A stretch of 64,000 nt of DNA from Candidatus Cloacimonadales bacterium (GTDB lineage Bacteria; Cloacimonadota; Cloacimonadia; Cloacimonadales; JAIOQZ01), in the NCBI GenBank assembly GCA_963662655.2, contig CAXXTU010000002.1:352001-416000 (forward strand). The letters run 5' to 3'. Numbering within the stretch: position 1 is the stretch's first letter; every line of letters starts with the position of its first letter. The notes under the pieces were generated by a model. It saw only the letters and a program-made list of their open reading frames with translations, ran no database searches and was not told the origin of the DNA. Both the position numbers and the translations under genes were made by a program. This document shows, one piece after another, positions 54,849 through 64,000 of the stretch.

Positions 54849-56989
54849 CTCCTCGAGAATTCGAATGCGTCGATGTCGTATCCGATGGAGATGTAGTAAA
54901 CCGGCTTGCGTTCTTTGTGGAATCCCACGCCGCCCCGGATCGGGCCGAGGAAGGACTTGTAGGCGAGTTTGACCCCGTAGCCCCATTCCATGTCCTCCGA
55001 GGGACGCCAGTCGTCGACCGTGCCGTATTTGGTGCCGTTCATCTGCAAGTCGAAGTAGAAATCGTACGGCAGGCTGAAACGCAGCGCGCCGGAGGTGATC
55101 TTGTAGTTGGGAGCGCTGTATTCCTTCTGATTGAAACCGATGTAGCTGTCGTAACCGCCGATGTAGAACGGATCGAATTCGACGTTCTGATCGTGAAGGT
55201 ACGCACCGTACTCGAACCGGCCAATGAACGCGACGGTGTGCTTGTAGGGGAATATATACGTGAAGCGGCCGAAGAACCGTTCGTAGGTCGCGTCGCTGTA
55301 GAAGTCGTCGGTCGAGGTGATGAATTTCATCATGATCTGCCGCCCACGCATTGGGATCATGTAGTCGTCGAGCGTCTCCGAATAGATTTTCAGGCCGGCG
55401 CCCGAGGAGCGGTAGTCGTCTTCGACGTAATCCTTGGCGGAGACGTCGCGGTAGAACTCGCGATGATACCCGTACAGATACGCCTCGATGATCGTATCGA
55501 AGGGAGCGAACATGCCGACCCCGATGTTCGACCCGAACTCTCGGGAGCGAATGCTGCCGGTCTTTTCATGCATGTCGTCATATAGGTAGAAACGTTCGTA
55601 TCGCAGGTAGGGAAACACGCGGAAGTATACACCCCAAAGTTTTCCGAAGTTCTTCACGTAATCGATATTGAATTCCTGAACGCCTCCGAGATCGAGGTTG
55701 ACGAGGAGCTTCGAGTTGCGCTGTATATAGTTGGTATATTCCAGGGTTGCGCCGAACGTCAGCTCGCTGGTGTTGTTGTATCGTGCGTTCAAGCCAAGAC
55801 GGCGTCGCTCGTTCTCCTTGACGCGGATGATCATCGCGTAGCCGTCGTTTTCCGGAACCAGAACGGGATAAATGTATTCGAAAAGTCGTGAATGAAACGC
55901 TCGATTGAAGCTGTGTTGCAGCTGCTGGAGATCGTAGCTGTTTCCCGTTTCGATGCCGGTATATTCGCGGATTTTAGAGGAAGAGAGGTAGTAGTTACCC
56001 TCAACTTCGGCACGACTGATCGTCACGGGGCCTTCAATCCTGTGTAGCGGTTCTATCCTTCGTTGCGAAGTACTGTCCATGAGTGCGACGATTCGATCGA
56101 TCTTCTCGCGAGCCGCTTTTTCTCCCGCCGCGATGATCTCCTCTGCCCGATCGAAGTCGAAGAGGGATACGTCATCCAGCTTGGGGCATATCAGCAGATC
56201 GCAGTCGTGTAAAGCCTGTTCCACACGCCAGATCATATTGATGTTCATGCTCTGGTTCAGCACATCGATAACATCGTTGAGGTCGTTCGTTGGCTTGAGC
56301 GGGGAGCTTGTTTTAACGCCGATGCAGTAGTCCACGTTTTCCAGAACCTGTATCGGCAGATTCATGACGATCCCGCCGTCCGCGCAATAGTGCCCATGCG
56401 CTTTGAAAGGAGCCAGAACCGACGGGAAGGAGAGCGTCGCGCAGAGCGCTTCGTGCAGTGCGCCGTCCCGGAAGATCACCGGCTCGCCCGTCTCGATATC
56501 CGTTGCGACAATCCGAAGTGGAATCGCGAGGGAATCGAACGACGTCACGTTCGAGTAGGGGAAGGTCAGGTTGAACAGGTTCTGAAGCAGCCGGTTGTTG
56601 CTGAGGAAGCTGCGCGGAAGCTGGGGGTTGAAGAAGTCTTCGACCCTGAAGTAGTAGTTGGCGTTGGGCCCCCAGCGTTTTTCGCCGGTGTAGTAGTCGC
56701 TTCTCGAAATGCTTCCCGTCATCATCTCCCGCCAGTCCGATCGCTCGAACAGCGCTGCGATTTCATCGGGAGTCCAGCCCACGGAATACAATGTACCGAT
56801 GAGCGCGCCCATACTGGTTCCGGCAACCATGTCCGGCACGATTCCGTATTCGTCCAGAACCTTCAGCACGCCGATATGGGCGAGTCCACGCGCGCCGCCG
56901 CCGCTCAATGCGAGGCCGATCCTCTGTTCCGCTGCGAGCTGCGCGATCATTACGATCGCAATGAAGAGTATGAGGACGGTTTTTCTCAT
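54845..56989 (-). CDS. Patatin phospholipase-POTRA-beta-barrel protein (PlpD/type Vd-like)
   Basis: Signal peptide, GGGARG, GTSMG, DGG; POTRA-like VEGN...VKE; barrel ending GPI...YYISIGYD. Confidence 0.88.
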   Translation of the reverse strand: MRKTVLILFIAIVMIAQLAAEQRIGLALSGGGARGLAHIGVLKVLDEYGIVPDMVAGTSMGALIGTLYSVGWTPDEIAALFERSDWREMMTGSISRSDYYTGEKRWGPNANYYFRVEDFFNPQLPRSFLSNNRLLQNLFNLTFPYSNVTSFDSLAIPLRIVATDIETGEPVIFRDGALHEALCATLSFPSVLAPFKAHGHYCADGGIVMNLPIQVLENVDYCIGVKTSSPLKPTNDLNDVIDVLNQSMNINMIWRVEQALHDCDLLICPKLDDVSLFDFDRAEEIIAAGEKAAREKIDRIVALMDSTSQRRIEPLHRIEGPVTISRAEVEGNYYLSSSKIREYTGIETGNSYDLQQLQHSFNRAFHSRLFEYIYPVLVPENDGYAMIIRVKENERRRLGLNARYNNTSELTFGATLEYTNYIQRNSKLLVNLDLGGVQEFNIDYVKNFGKLWGVYFRVFPYLRYERFYLYDDMHEKTGSIRSREFGSNIGVGMFAPFDTIIEAYLYGYHREFYRDVSAKDYVEDDYRSSGAGLKIYSETLDDYMIPMRGRQIMMKFITSTDDFYSDATYERFFGRFTYIFPYKHTVAFIGRFEYGAYLHDQNVEFDPFYIGGYDSYIGFNQKEYSAPNYKITSGALRFSLPYDFYFDLQMNGTKYGTVDDWRPSEDMEWGYGVKLAYKSFLGPIRGGVGFHKERKPVYYISIGYDIDAFEFSRR

Positions 56990-57738
56990 TGATCCTCGAA
57001 CTTCTTCCACTTCAGTCCGCGGTTTCCGGCAAGGATGGAGACGCGGTTGAAAATCTGGCGGAACTCGTTCGCTTCCCAGGAGCTGATGTTGGAGCGAATC
57101 ATCAGGTCTCGGACGATTCGGACTGACTTTTCGCGATCTCCCACTGAGCCGTAATGGATATCATCGAGGATGCGATCGATGAATGCGGCGCTGCGATCGA
57201 TTTCCTCGATTGGCGCGGCAGAATCGGAGATCGTATCCGTCCCTTCATCGGTGAAGGCGCGGTAGATTTCATATAAAATCACCCCGACAGCCTGCGACAG
57301 GTTGAGGGAAGGAAATTCTGGTTGCGCGGGGATGTAACACCGGAAATGGCATTGATCCGCCTCGCTGTCCTTCAGCCCGTACGTTTCTCTTCCGAACACG
57401 ATCCCGACGCGGTTCTCCGTATGTTGCTTGAGAAGCTTTCCGAGATTCTCCGGTAGCAGGTCGACGGGCTTTTTCTGCCCCTTTCTGCGCGAGATCGCGA
57501 TCAGCCGGTCGAATCCGGAGATTGCCTCTTCGAAGGTGTCGAACACCTTTGCGCTGTTGAGGATTTCCTCGGAGTGAACCGCCACGTAGTAGTCTTCTTT
57601 CTTTGGGATTTCGCCAACGACCCGGAGATCTGAGAATCCAAAATTGTTCATTGTGCGGGAAATAGCGCCCACATTACCCTTGTAAAGGGGCTCGACCAGT
57701 ATCACACAAACGTTTTTTGCCCAGGGGCATTCATTCAT
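56986..57738 (-). CDS. trmJ: TrmJ/LasT-family SPOUT RNA methyltransferase
   Basis: LVEP...GNVGAISR.M.NFG, VFGRE..GL, SLNLSQAV. Confidence 0.85.
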   Translation of the reverse strand: MNECPWAKNVCVILVEPLYKGNVGAISRTMNNFGFSDLRVVGEIPKKEDYYVAVHSEEILNSAKVFDTFEEAISGFDRLIAISRRKGQKKPVDLLPENLGKLLKQHTENRVGIVFGRETYGLKDSEADQCHFRCYIPAQPEFPSLNLSQAVGVILYEIYRAFTDEGTDTISDSAAPIEEIDRSAAFIDRILDDIHYGSVGDREKSVRIVRDLMIRSNISSWEANEFRQIFNRVSILAGNRGLKWKKFEDQ

Positions 57739-57761
57739 ATTCGTTCACTTTCAATGTTATC

Positions 57762-58208
57762 TCAATCGATATCAACTTCGATGTTCTTCTCTTTGACAGG
57801 TACGATGGGGAAGATCACCTTAAGAAAACCTTCTTCGTACTGAACCTTCGGTTCGTCCCGGTTGATGCTGATATCGGGAAAGAAAATTTTCCGCTCGAAT
57901 CGTCCCGATTCAATTTCCATCGTATAATAGTATATCTCATCGCATCCCGGGCAGGTAAAACGTTCTCCCGAGATTTTCACATATTCGCGGCTTGTGCTGA
58001 TCTGCACGGATTTCTTGTTCACACCGGCAAGATCGAAAACGACCGCAAGTTGCTTATCGTCTCGATAGACATCGCAATGGGGTTGCCAGGTCTCGTCCAT
58101 CTCGTGCGTCATGGCAACCGGGCTGGAGGCGAGTGTTGTAACTTCTCCGAGGATACGAACCATTTCTTTTTGAATATCTTTCAGGTCCTGGAATATTTTA
58201 TCCTTCAT
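57762..58208 (-). CDS. Hsp20/alpha-crystallin small heat shock protein
   Basis: WQPHCDVY, DLAGV, ISGER, EI..GRFER, YEEGFLKV; ATG 58208 overlaps the upstream TGA. Confidence 0.9.
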   Translation of the reverse strand: MKDKIFQDLKDIQKEMVRILGEVTTLASSPVAMTHEMDETWQPHCDVYRDDKQLAVVFDLAGVNKKSVQISTSREYVKISGERFTCPGCDEIYYYTMEIESGRFERKIFFPDISINRDEPKVQYEEGFLKVIFPIVPVKEKNIEVDID

Positions 58209-59188
58209 TCCTCCTCCTCCTCCTCCTTCTTTACAAGTTCGTGATAGTGCACAATATTGATATCGGGACGTCTCGATGCCTCGAACGCGCATTCTTCCGT
58301 GTTGGTGATGAACCGTTCCACGTTGTTCAAATCGTCCGTGTAGTTGCTTACACCCCAGGCGAGCAGATCCTTTTTGAGCTTGTCGTTGCGTTCGAGAATC
58401 ATGGTTTCGAGGCGCTCGATCACGAACTGGTTATCCTCGTACTTGTTTTCGGGGAGAAGGATCATGAACGTGTCAGGATGAATGAAGCCGAGGATTTCCA
58501 TAACGCGTAACCCGCCCTTGAGAATCGTGGCGATGCTGGTGAAGATGCGATCCGCCTCAACGTTGCCGTACTTACGGTAAAGGTCGTGATACTTGTTGAT
58601 CTTCAGCACGATCAGCGAGAGGTTGTTCTTGTAGCGTCTCGCCTGCGCAAAGGCGATTTCGGTTCGTTCCAGGAACGAGCGATAGACCAGCAGCCCGGTG
58701 AGCGCGTCGAACTGATTCATGCGGTCGATCAGGTTCTCCTGGGAGTGGATCTGGACAACGAGGCTGATTAGAGACGCGAAGATTTCCATCTTGGTCAGTT
58801 CGTCCTCTTCGTATTCCTCTTTGTCCATGAAGAGGAATCCCCGGAGTTCTCCGCGGTAGTGGAGTGGGAAAATCACCAGCTTCTTCACCGGCTGGTCGAA
58901 GTCGATCTCGTCGGGCTGGACATCGAGAATGGTTTCCAGCTTCTCCAGACGGTTGATCAGGGAGTGCCCCAGGCTGAACTCCGTCCTTTTCTGAAAGCTG
59001 TGACTGAGGTTTCTGCCGATTTTCAAGCGGAATGATTGCGTCATTTCGTTCTTCAGGAAGATACCGAGGCTAAGGAATTTGTATTCGGATTCCATGTCCC
59101 GGATAATCATGCTCAGGCACTCCTGAAGCGTGTTGAGCTCCAGAAGGCTTTTCATGAGCTGGTCGTATTTCTGAAGTTTTAACGGCAT
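58205..59188 (-). CDS. GAF + degenerate GGDEF domain protein
   Basis: PL...ELRGFL GAF; DALTGL, RRY...LSL, KYG..EAD; active-site position reads HPDTF. Confidence 0.8.
   Translation of the reverse strand: MPLKLQKYDQLMKSLLELNTLQECLSMIIRDMESEYKFLSLGIFLKNEMTQSFRLKIGRNLSHSFQKRTEFSLGHSLINRLEKLETILDVQPDEIDFDQPVKKLVIFPLHYRGELRGFLFMDKEEYEEDELTKMEIFASLISLVVQIHSQENLIDRMNQFDALTGLLVYRSFLERTEIAFAQARRYKNNLSLIVLKINKYHDLYRKYGNVEADRIFTSIATILKGGLRVMEILGFIHPDTFMILLPENKYEDNQFVIERLETMILERNDKLKKDLLAWGVSNYTDDLNNVERFITNTEECAFEASRRPDINIVHYHELVKKEEEEEE
58209..58226 (-). repeat. (GGA)6 trinucleotide repeat
   Basis: Encodes the poly-Glu tail of the upstream gene and abuts the hsp20 start. Confidence 0.9.
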
Positions 59189-59210
59189 AGCGTGCTCCCT
59201 TGTTGTTGGC

Positions 59211-59828
59211 TCAATTACTGAGAATGCTTTTGATCTTTGCGATGATCATATCGATCCCAATGCGGTTGTGTCCGCCCTCGGGGATGATGATATCTGCCTG
59301 ACGCTTGGTCGGTTCCACAAACTGGATGTGCATCGGGCGCACCGTGTCGCGGTATTGGGATATGACAGAGTCCAGGCTTCTGCCACGTTCGTTGATGTCG
59401 CGCTCGATGCGTCTGAGGATGCGGATGTCCGCGTCCGTATCGACGAAAATCCTGATATCCAGTTCATCAAGAACCTGGGCGTTCTCGAATATGAGAATCC
59501 CTTCGACGATGATGATTTTAGTGGGATTCCGCGGAATGGTCTGGTGTTTTCGAAGATGTTCATGGTAGTCGTAAACCGGTAGTTCGATAGGGATATTGTT
59601 CTTCAGGCTTCGAATGTGTTTCAGGAAAAGTTCCGTATCGAACGCGTCCGGGTGATCGTAGTTGATCCGGCAGCGCTGCTCGTATGGTAGGTCGGGGAAC
59701 GAACGATAATAGGCATCCTGCGGAATGATGCTGAGGTGCTCGCCAATCTCATGCTCGATGGCCGAGGCGATCGATGTTTTCCCCGAGCCGGTTCCACCAG
59801 CGATTCCGATGACGACGGGACGTTTCAT
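59211..59828 (-). CDS. udk: Uridine kinase
   Basis: GIAGGTGSGKT, QDAYY, NYDHPDAFD, VEGIL, RD..ERGR, FVEPTK..ADIIIP. Confidence 0.95.
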   Translation of the reverse strand: MKRPVVIGIAGGTGSGKTSIASAIEHEIGEHLSIIPQDAYYRSFPDLPYEQRCRINYDHPDAFDTELFLKHIRSLKNNIPIELPVYDYHEHLRKHQTIPRNPTKIIIVEGILIFENAQVLDELDIRIFVDTDADIRILRRIERDINERGRSLDSVISQYRDTVRPMHIQFVEPTKRQADIIIPEGGHNRIGIDMIIAKIKSILSN

Positions 59829-60103
59829 TTATTCGTACTCCTGTGTAGCGACGTTCATGTTAAAATAGATTATGGATTGCCGTGAAAACGTCAAGAATTT
59901 CCTTTATAATTTCATTGCGAAGATGGCTTTGCCATACTCTACGGATAAAAATTTACTATCGGATTTTAAATGAAGCGAGTAAAATCGCGATTTCCCGCAC
60001 GATTTTGGCGTTGACAGATTGAACTGAATGAAAAGTTTCGCTTTGGAATATTTCGTGCAAATTGTACGTACGAGCACGGAATCGATGACTTCGAGGAGGA
60101 ATT

Positions 60104-62188
60104 GTGAAGTTACGTCAGGTATGCATGATATTGACCTTATTGATGATAGTGAGCTCCAGCCTTTTTGCCGGTAACACGCTCGATGAGCGCACACAGGAGC
60201 GATACAAGGATTACCCGCTCTCGATACCGCACTGGATGACGGGTGAAGAGCTGGATCGAATCGATACAATCGGTAGAGATTTCTACGTTACCGATCCACC
60301 GCCTGCGCCGATCCGGCAGATTGCCGAGTTCGAGCCGATGTACGGTGGATTGATCCGCTATCCGCTGAGCATCCCGACTTCACTGGTTGTCGAGATGTCG
60401 CAGGATGCGATGGTTGTCGTGATTGCATCGAGTCAATCGCAGGCAAACAGTGCGACATCGCAGTTCAACAACGCCGGCGTGAACATGGACAACGTGGAGT
60501 TTCTGATCGCCCCAACCGATATGCAATGGACAAGGGATTACGGTCCGTGGTTCATTTTCGACGGCAACGACGACATGGCGGTCGTGAATTTCCCCTATAA
60601 CCGTCCGCGTCCAAATGACGATGACATCCCGATCGAGTATGCCGAGGCATATTCGCTTCCGTTGTATGGCATGAACATCATCCATACCGGCGGCAATTAC
60701 ATGTGCGATGGCCTGGGACAGGCTGTTTCGACCGATCTCGTTTATGAGGAAAATTCGATCTCCAACGATACGATCCACCAGTTGATCGAAGATTACTGCG
60801 GGATTACCAATTATCATGTGACCGCCGATCCGCTAGGCGATTACATCAAGCACGTGGACTGCTGGGGCAAGTATCTCGATGTGGACAAGATTCTCATCGG
60901 GCAGGTGGCGCAAAGCGATCCCCGATATGAAGATTACGAGGCAATCGCGGACTACTTCGCCAATGAGACAAGCTCGTGGGGAACTCCCTATCAGGTTTAT
61001 CGAGTGTTTTCACCGGGAGGAGACTACACCCCGACTCCGTACACCAACTCGTTGATCCTGAACAACAAGGTTTTTGTGCCGCAGTCGGGAAGTCAGTACG
61101 ATGACGACGCGATCGCGGTGTACGAAGAGGCGATGCCGGGTTACGAGATCGTCGGGATCAGCTACTCCGGCTGGTACGACACCGACGCACTTCACTGCCG
61201 CGTGCACGAGATTCCGGACGAAGATATGCTCTACGTCCATCACATGCCGATTCACGGCGAAGTCGGATCGATGCAGGACGTGGAGATTACCGCCTATGTA
61301 CACCCATACAGCGGCCAGGAGCTTGTATCCGATTCACTCCGGGTGTTTTACAAAATCGCAGGTGAGACGGAATGGCATTCAGTTGCCATGACAAATGCCG
61401 ACGATGAAAATTACACGGCAACCATCCCTGGGGCGGTTCCGAACTCGGAGGTTATGTATTACATCCGTGCGCTGGACGAAGCGGGGAAGAGTGCGAACCA
61501 TCCGTACATCGGCAAGTGGGACCCGCACACATACACAACCGGCACCGATACCGAATTCCCAGGCATCGAGTTTGATGAAATCGCCGATACACCGATCAAC
61601 GAGCTCCCGCTGAACCTTTCTGCGATCGTTACCGACGATGGCGGCGTTGAAACCGTTGAGATGCGGTACATGATCAATGCCGTTGCTCAAGTTCCGCTCG
61701 CGTTTACCCTTTCCGATTCTTTTGAATCGGTGTGGAACGCATCCTTTCATCCGGAAGATATCGAAGTGAACGACTTGATTCATTACCGGATTGCGGCAAT
61801 CGATTACGCCGGAAACGAGACGGAGATTCCCGAAAGCGGCTATTACAGCTTCACGATTGATTCGCCATCTTCGATTGACGACAACGAAGATACGCTTCAA
61901 GGCGATCTGCTGCTGGGCAATTTTCCGAATCCATTCAATCGATCTCAGAGTGAGCAAACCTCCGTTCGCTTCTATCTGGCGAATAACCAGAATGTGGAAG
62001 TCGCTGTGTTCAACATCAGAGGGCAGTTGGTGAAAAGCCTGCATGCCGGCAAGATGGATCAAGGTTATCACGATATAAGATGGAATGGTCTCGATACAAA
62101 GGGACGAGAAGTGTCTTCTGGTGTTTATTTCCTTAGAATGAAGACGTCCGGGAAATCTACGATCAAGAAAATGATTCTGTTCAAATAA
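60104..62188 (+). CDS. Secreted agmatine/peptidylarginine deiminase family protein with Ig-like and C-terminal sorting domains
   Basis: Signal peptide; AEFEP, WTRDYGP, GGN, HVD, YTNS and ALHC motifs; NFPNPFN...WNG...SSGVYF tail. Confidence 0.88.
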   Translation: MKLRQVCMILTLLMIVSSSLFAGNTLDERTQERYKDYPLSIPHWMTGEELDRIDTIGRDFYVTDPPPAPIRQIAEFEPMYGGLIRYPLSIPTSLVVEMSQDAMVVVIASSQSQANSATSQFNNAGVNMDNVEFLIAPTDMQWTRDYGPWFIFDGNDDMAVVNFPYNRPRPNDDDIPIEYAEAYSLPLYGMNIIHTGGNYMCDGLGQAVSTDLVYEENSISNDTIHQLIEDYCGITNYHVTADPLGDYIKHVDCWGKYLDVDKILIGQVAQSDPRYEDYEAIADYFANETSSWGTPYQVYRVFSPGGDYTPTPYTNSLILNNKVFVPQSGSQYDDDAIAVYEEAMPGYEIVGISYSGWYDTDALHCRVHEIPDEDMLYVHHMPIHGEVGSMQDVEITAYVHPYSGQELVSDSLRVFYKIAGETEWHSVAMTNADDENYTATIPGAVPNSEVMYYIRALDEAGKSANHPYIGKWDPHTYTTGTDTEFPGIEFDEIADTPINELPLNLSAIVTDDGGVETVEMRYMINAVAQVPLAFTLSDSFESVWNASFHPEDIEVNDLIHYRIAAIDYAGNETEIPESGYYSFTIDSPSSIDDNEDTLQGDLLLGNFPNPFNRSQSEQTSVRFYLANNQNVEVAVFNIRGQLVKSLHAGKMDQGYHDIRWNGLDTKGREVSSGVYFLRMKTSGKSTIKKMILFK

Positions 62189-62204
62189 GGCAAAATGTGT
62201 TTTA

Positions 62205-62240
62205 AAGCCCAGTCGTATATCGCCTGGGCTTCTCTTTTTT
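62205..62240 (+). terminator. Intrinsic terminator after the deiminase
   Basis: AAGCCCAG...CTGGGCTT followed by CTCTTTTTT. Confidence 0.7.
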
Positions 62241-62247
62241 AGCTCGA

Positions 62248-62373
62248 GGCGTGAGCAGGTTCGTTCGATCTCTCTTTTCAACGTGGTCTTCCACATCATA
62301 TTTTTTTTGTTCGATAGTTTCAATGATGTGGTCTTTCACGTTGAAAAGGGAGATCGGGCGAAGATGCCACGCC
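62248..62373 (+). repeat. Long hairpin, homologous to 29653-29835
   Basis: 26-bp stem 62260-62285/62337-62362 (3 G-T pairs), 5x5 internal loop, 9-bp stem 62291-62299/62323-62331. Confidence 0.8.
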
Positions 62374-62431
62374 GATTGATCAGCAATTACCAGAGAAGGT
62401 CAATACCCTCTTGATGTGTTTTGTTCGACCA

Positions 62432-62564
62432 TCGTGGAATCTTCGCTTTCCCGCCCCTCCGTCGTGTAACGACACGTCTCCGAGATTCATCCGCATTGAG
62501 TGTAGTTCTATAATACAACGTGTATCGACACGACTACGGGCAGGGAAAGCGAATCTTCTCACGA
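62432..62564. repeat. Second long imperfect hairpin in the same intergenic region
   Basis: Stems 62442-62452/62543-62553, 62461-62467/62528-62534 and 62472-62477/62518-62523. Confidence 0.7.
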
Positions 62565-62633
62565 CTCGATCCATCTTAACTGGTAATAGCAATATCTGAA
62601 TGAAACATATTTTGCGATGAACTAAATAAAGCA

Positions 62634-62662
62634 TTGACAGATAAATACAATTACATCACGAT
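62634..62662 (+). promoter_or_regulatory. Putative sigma70 promoter
   Basis: TTGACA-17 nt-CACGAT, the same hexamers as at 17386-17358. Confidence 0.5.
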
Positions 62663-62706
62663 ACGGATGCGGTTACATAAAGCTTGTAACAGCAGAGGAG
62701 GCACGA

Positions 62707-63918
62707 ATGAGGTATGTAACTCTGTTAGCCCTATTGTTTGTTTCGACAATTTGCTTTGGTTATAACTGGCAGCAGATCATCAACATCGATCGAAATGTCA
62801 ACGCTGCCGCTTACTACGTGGGGGACTACACTTACTACGGAGCATACGGTGCAGACAACATTCTTTATGTTGATAACAACGGTCTTTTGGCAAGCTATGA
62901 AGCATGCCTGCCAGTTTGGGATATTCTGGTATTAGACGAAAGCACATTTCTCTTCGTGATGGGAGACGGCTCGTATTCGGATGGGCTTTACCTGATGAAT
63001 CTTGCAACGGAGGATTTCGAAGTAGTTGACTGGATGTATTGCCCCACATTCATCGAGTACTGTGACAACAACGGTAAGTATTACTGCGGTGGTTATTCCG
63101 GACTTTGGGAATCATGGGATGGCGCAGAATGGAGCCGCGTCGAGCAATTCAATCAAATGAATTGCTACGCGATAACCTGGCGGGGCGATTACATGGCTGT
63201 AGCAACCGACGAGGCAATATACACCTCCAACAATGGGGGAGTTAGCTGGAGCGTACAGCCGTATGCCCCGAGGGTTGAAGATTTTGCATGGTCACTGGAT
63301 GGCGCTGTGCTCTTTGGGATTTTCCCCGGCGAATCGTATTCTTCCGGACTGTGGCGTTCAATGAGTCACGGCGTGAACTGGGAAGTTGTGATGTACGATG
63401 TGATGATGTCCAGCGTTCATGTAGATATCAGTGGAGAAGTATTTGTTGGTTACGATACGGGCGGCGTAGGTATCATGAACCTCCAGTTGGGGCAACCAAC
63501 CATGATCAACAGCGGTTTACCCAGCTTGAATGTCAACAATCTCACCGATTTCCCATTGTACGATTGCCCAGCCGTTCTTGCATGCACATCGGCAGGTGCG
63601 TTCGTTGTAACCGATTACTCGATGGGGGCCGATGACAGCACTGCTCCATCCATCGGAAAGGACATGAAGGTTTACCCCAATCCGTTCAATCCCGAAACGA
63701 CGATCGAACTTGATCTCCCTGTTTCTCAAAATGCCGAGGTGAGGGTCTTCAATGCACGCGGCGAAATCGTTCGCACGCTAGATAAATCAATTGGGGCGAA
63801 CAGCGTTGTCTGGAATGGCCGGGATTCCCGCGGTAAGGCCGTTGGATCGGGGATTTATCTGTTCGTTGCCGAAATCGGTGGTGATCGACTCGTTCGCAAA
63901 GCCGTCTTGATGAAATAG
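62707..63918 (+). CDS. Secreted beta-propeller-like (Asp-box) protein with FlgD-Ig-like sorting domain
   Basis: Signal peptide; S.DG..W / S.NGG.SW repeats; YPNPFNPET...WNGRD..G..VGSGIY. Confidence 0.82.
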   Translation: MRYVTLLALLFVSTICFGYNWQQIINIDRNVNAAAYYVGDYTYYGAYGADNILYVDNNGLLASYEACLPVWDILVLDESTFLFVMGDGSYSDGLYLMNLATEDFEVVDWMYCPTFIEYCDNNGKYYCGGYSGLWESWDGAEWSRVEQFNQMNCYAITWRGDYMAVATDEAIYTSNNGGVSWSVQPYAPRVEDFAWSLDGAVLFGIFPGESYSSGLWRSMSHGVNWEVVMYDVMMSSVHVDISGEVFVGYDTGGVGIMNLQLGQPTMINSGLPSLNVNNLTDFPLYDCPAVLACTSAGAFVVTDYSMGADDSTAPSIGKDMKVYPNPFNPETTIELDLPVSQNAEVRVFNARGEIVRTLDKSIGANSVVWNGRDSRGKAVGSGIYLFVAEIGGDRLVRKAVLMK

Positions 63919-63955
63919 TGCCTGAACATCCATACCTTTCATGTTATAATATTTC

Positions 63956-63984
63956 AGCCCGGGAGAAGCTTCTCGGGCTTTTTT
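63956..63984 (+). terminator. Intrinsic terminator
   Basis: AGCCCGGGAG-AAG-CTTCTCGGGCT followed by a T run. Confidence 0.8.
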
Positions 63985-64000
63985 GTTGACATCACACACC

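Noticed and set aside
1..64000. CRISPR array, rRNA, tRNA, reverse transcriptase/DGR, hydrogenase maturases
   Set aside because: No regularly spaced repeats, RNA gene signatures, RT motifs or HydE/F/G motifs seen by eye; the two radical SAM genes are RimO and YgiQ.

Overview
Bacterial genomic window from an anaerobe. Three secreted proteins with PNPFN...W(N)G...SG(I/V)Y C-terminal sorting domains, a GLUG protein and a multimeric [FeFe]-hydrogenase suggest an FCB-group lineage such as Candidatus Cloacimonadota (inference). 1-13543 is the minus-strand structural and lysis half of a tailed prophage: terminase remnant, DUF3164, minor head protein, neck genes, portal, protease-capsid fusion, tail protein, Dam methylase with a structured leader, lysis genes, a tail chaperone with a -1 slippery site, and a tape measure running off the left edge. 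It carries an AT-rich Lamassu/ABC-three-component defence cassette whose effector is split by a 1-nt shift. An intact ISL3 element (13544-14890) with no target duplication cuts both the terminase and a host GLUG gene. The rest is chromosomal: CoA-disulfide reductase-rhodanese, ABC permease, ErcA-like ADH plus a 9-PAS hybrid kinase, a PEP-synthase-like regulator, rpsT, ftsY, addBA, rimO, ygiQ, a HEPN pseudogene, a hydrogenase operon, a patatin-POTRA-barrel protein, trmJ, hsp20, udk and a secreted deiminase. Top observations: (1) one HydA is encoded with TWO diaphorase modules, one with bifurcating-type and one with non-bifurcating-type signatures, plus a Cys-less HydD and an HATPase; (2) a family of long intergenic hairpins with compensatory base changes between copies; (3) the prophage-borne Lamassu and the switch-like leader of the phage Dam. 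All calls come from reading motifs by eye; no searches were run.
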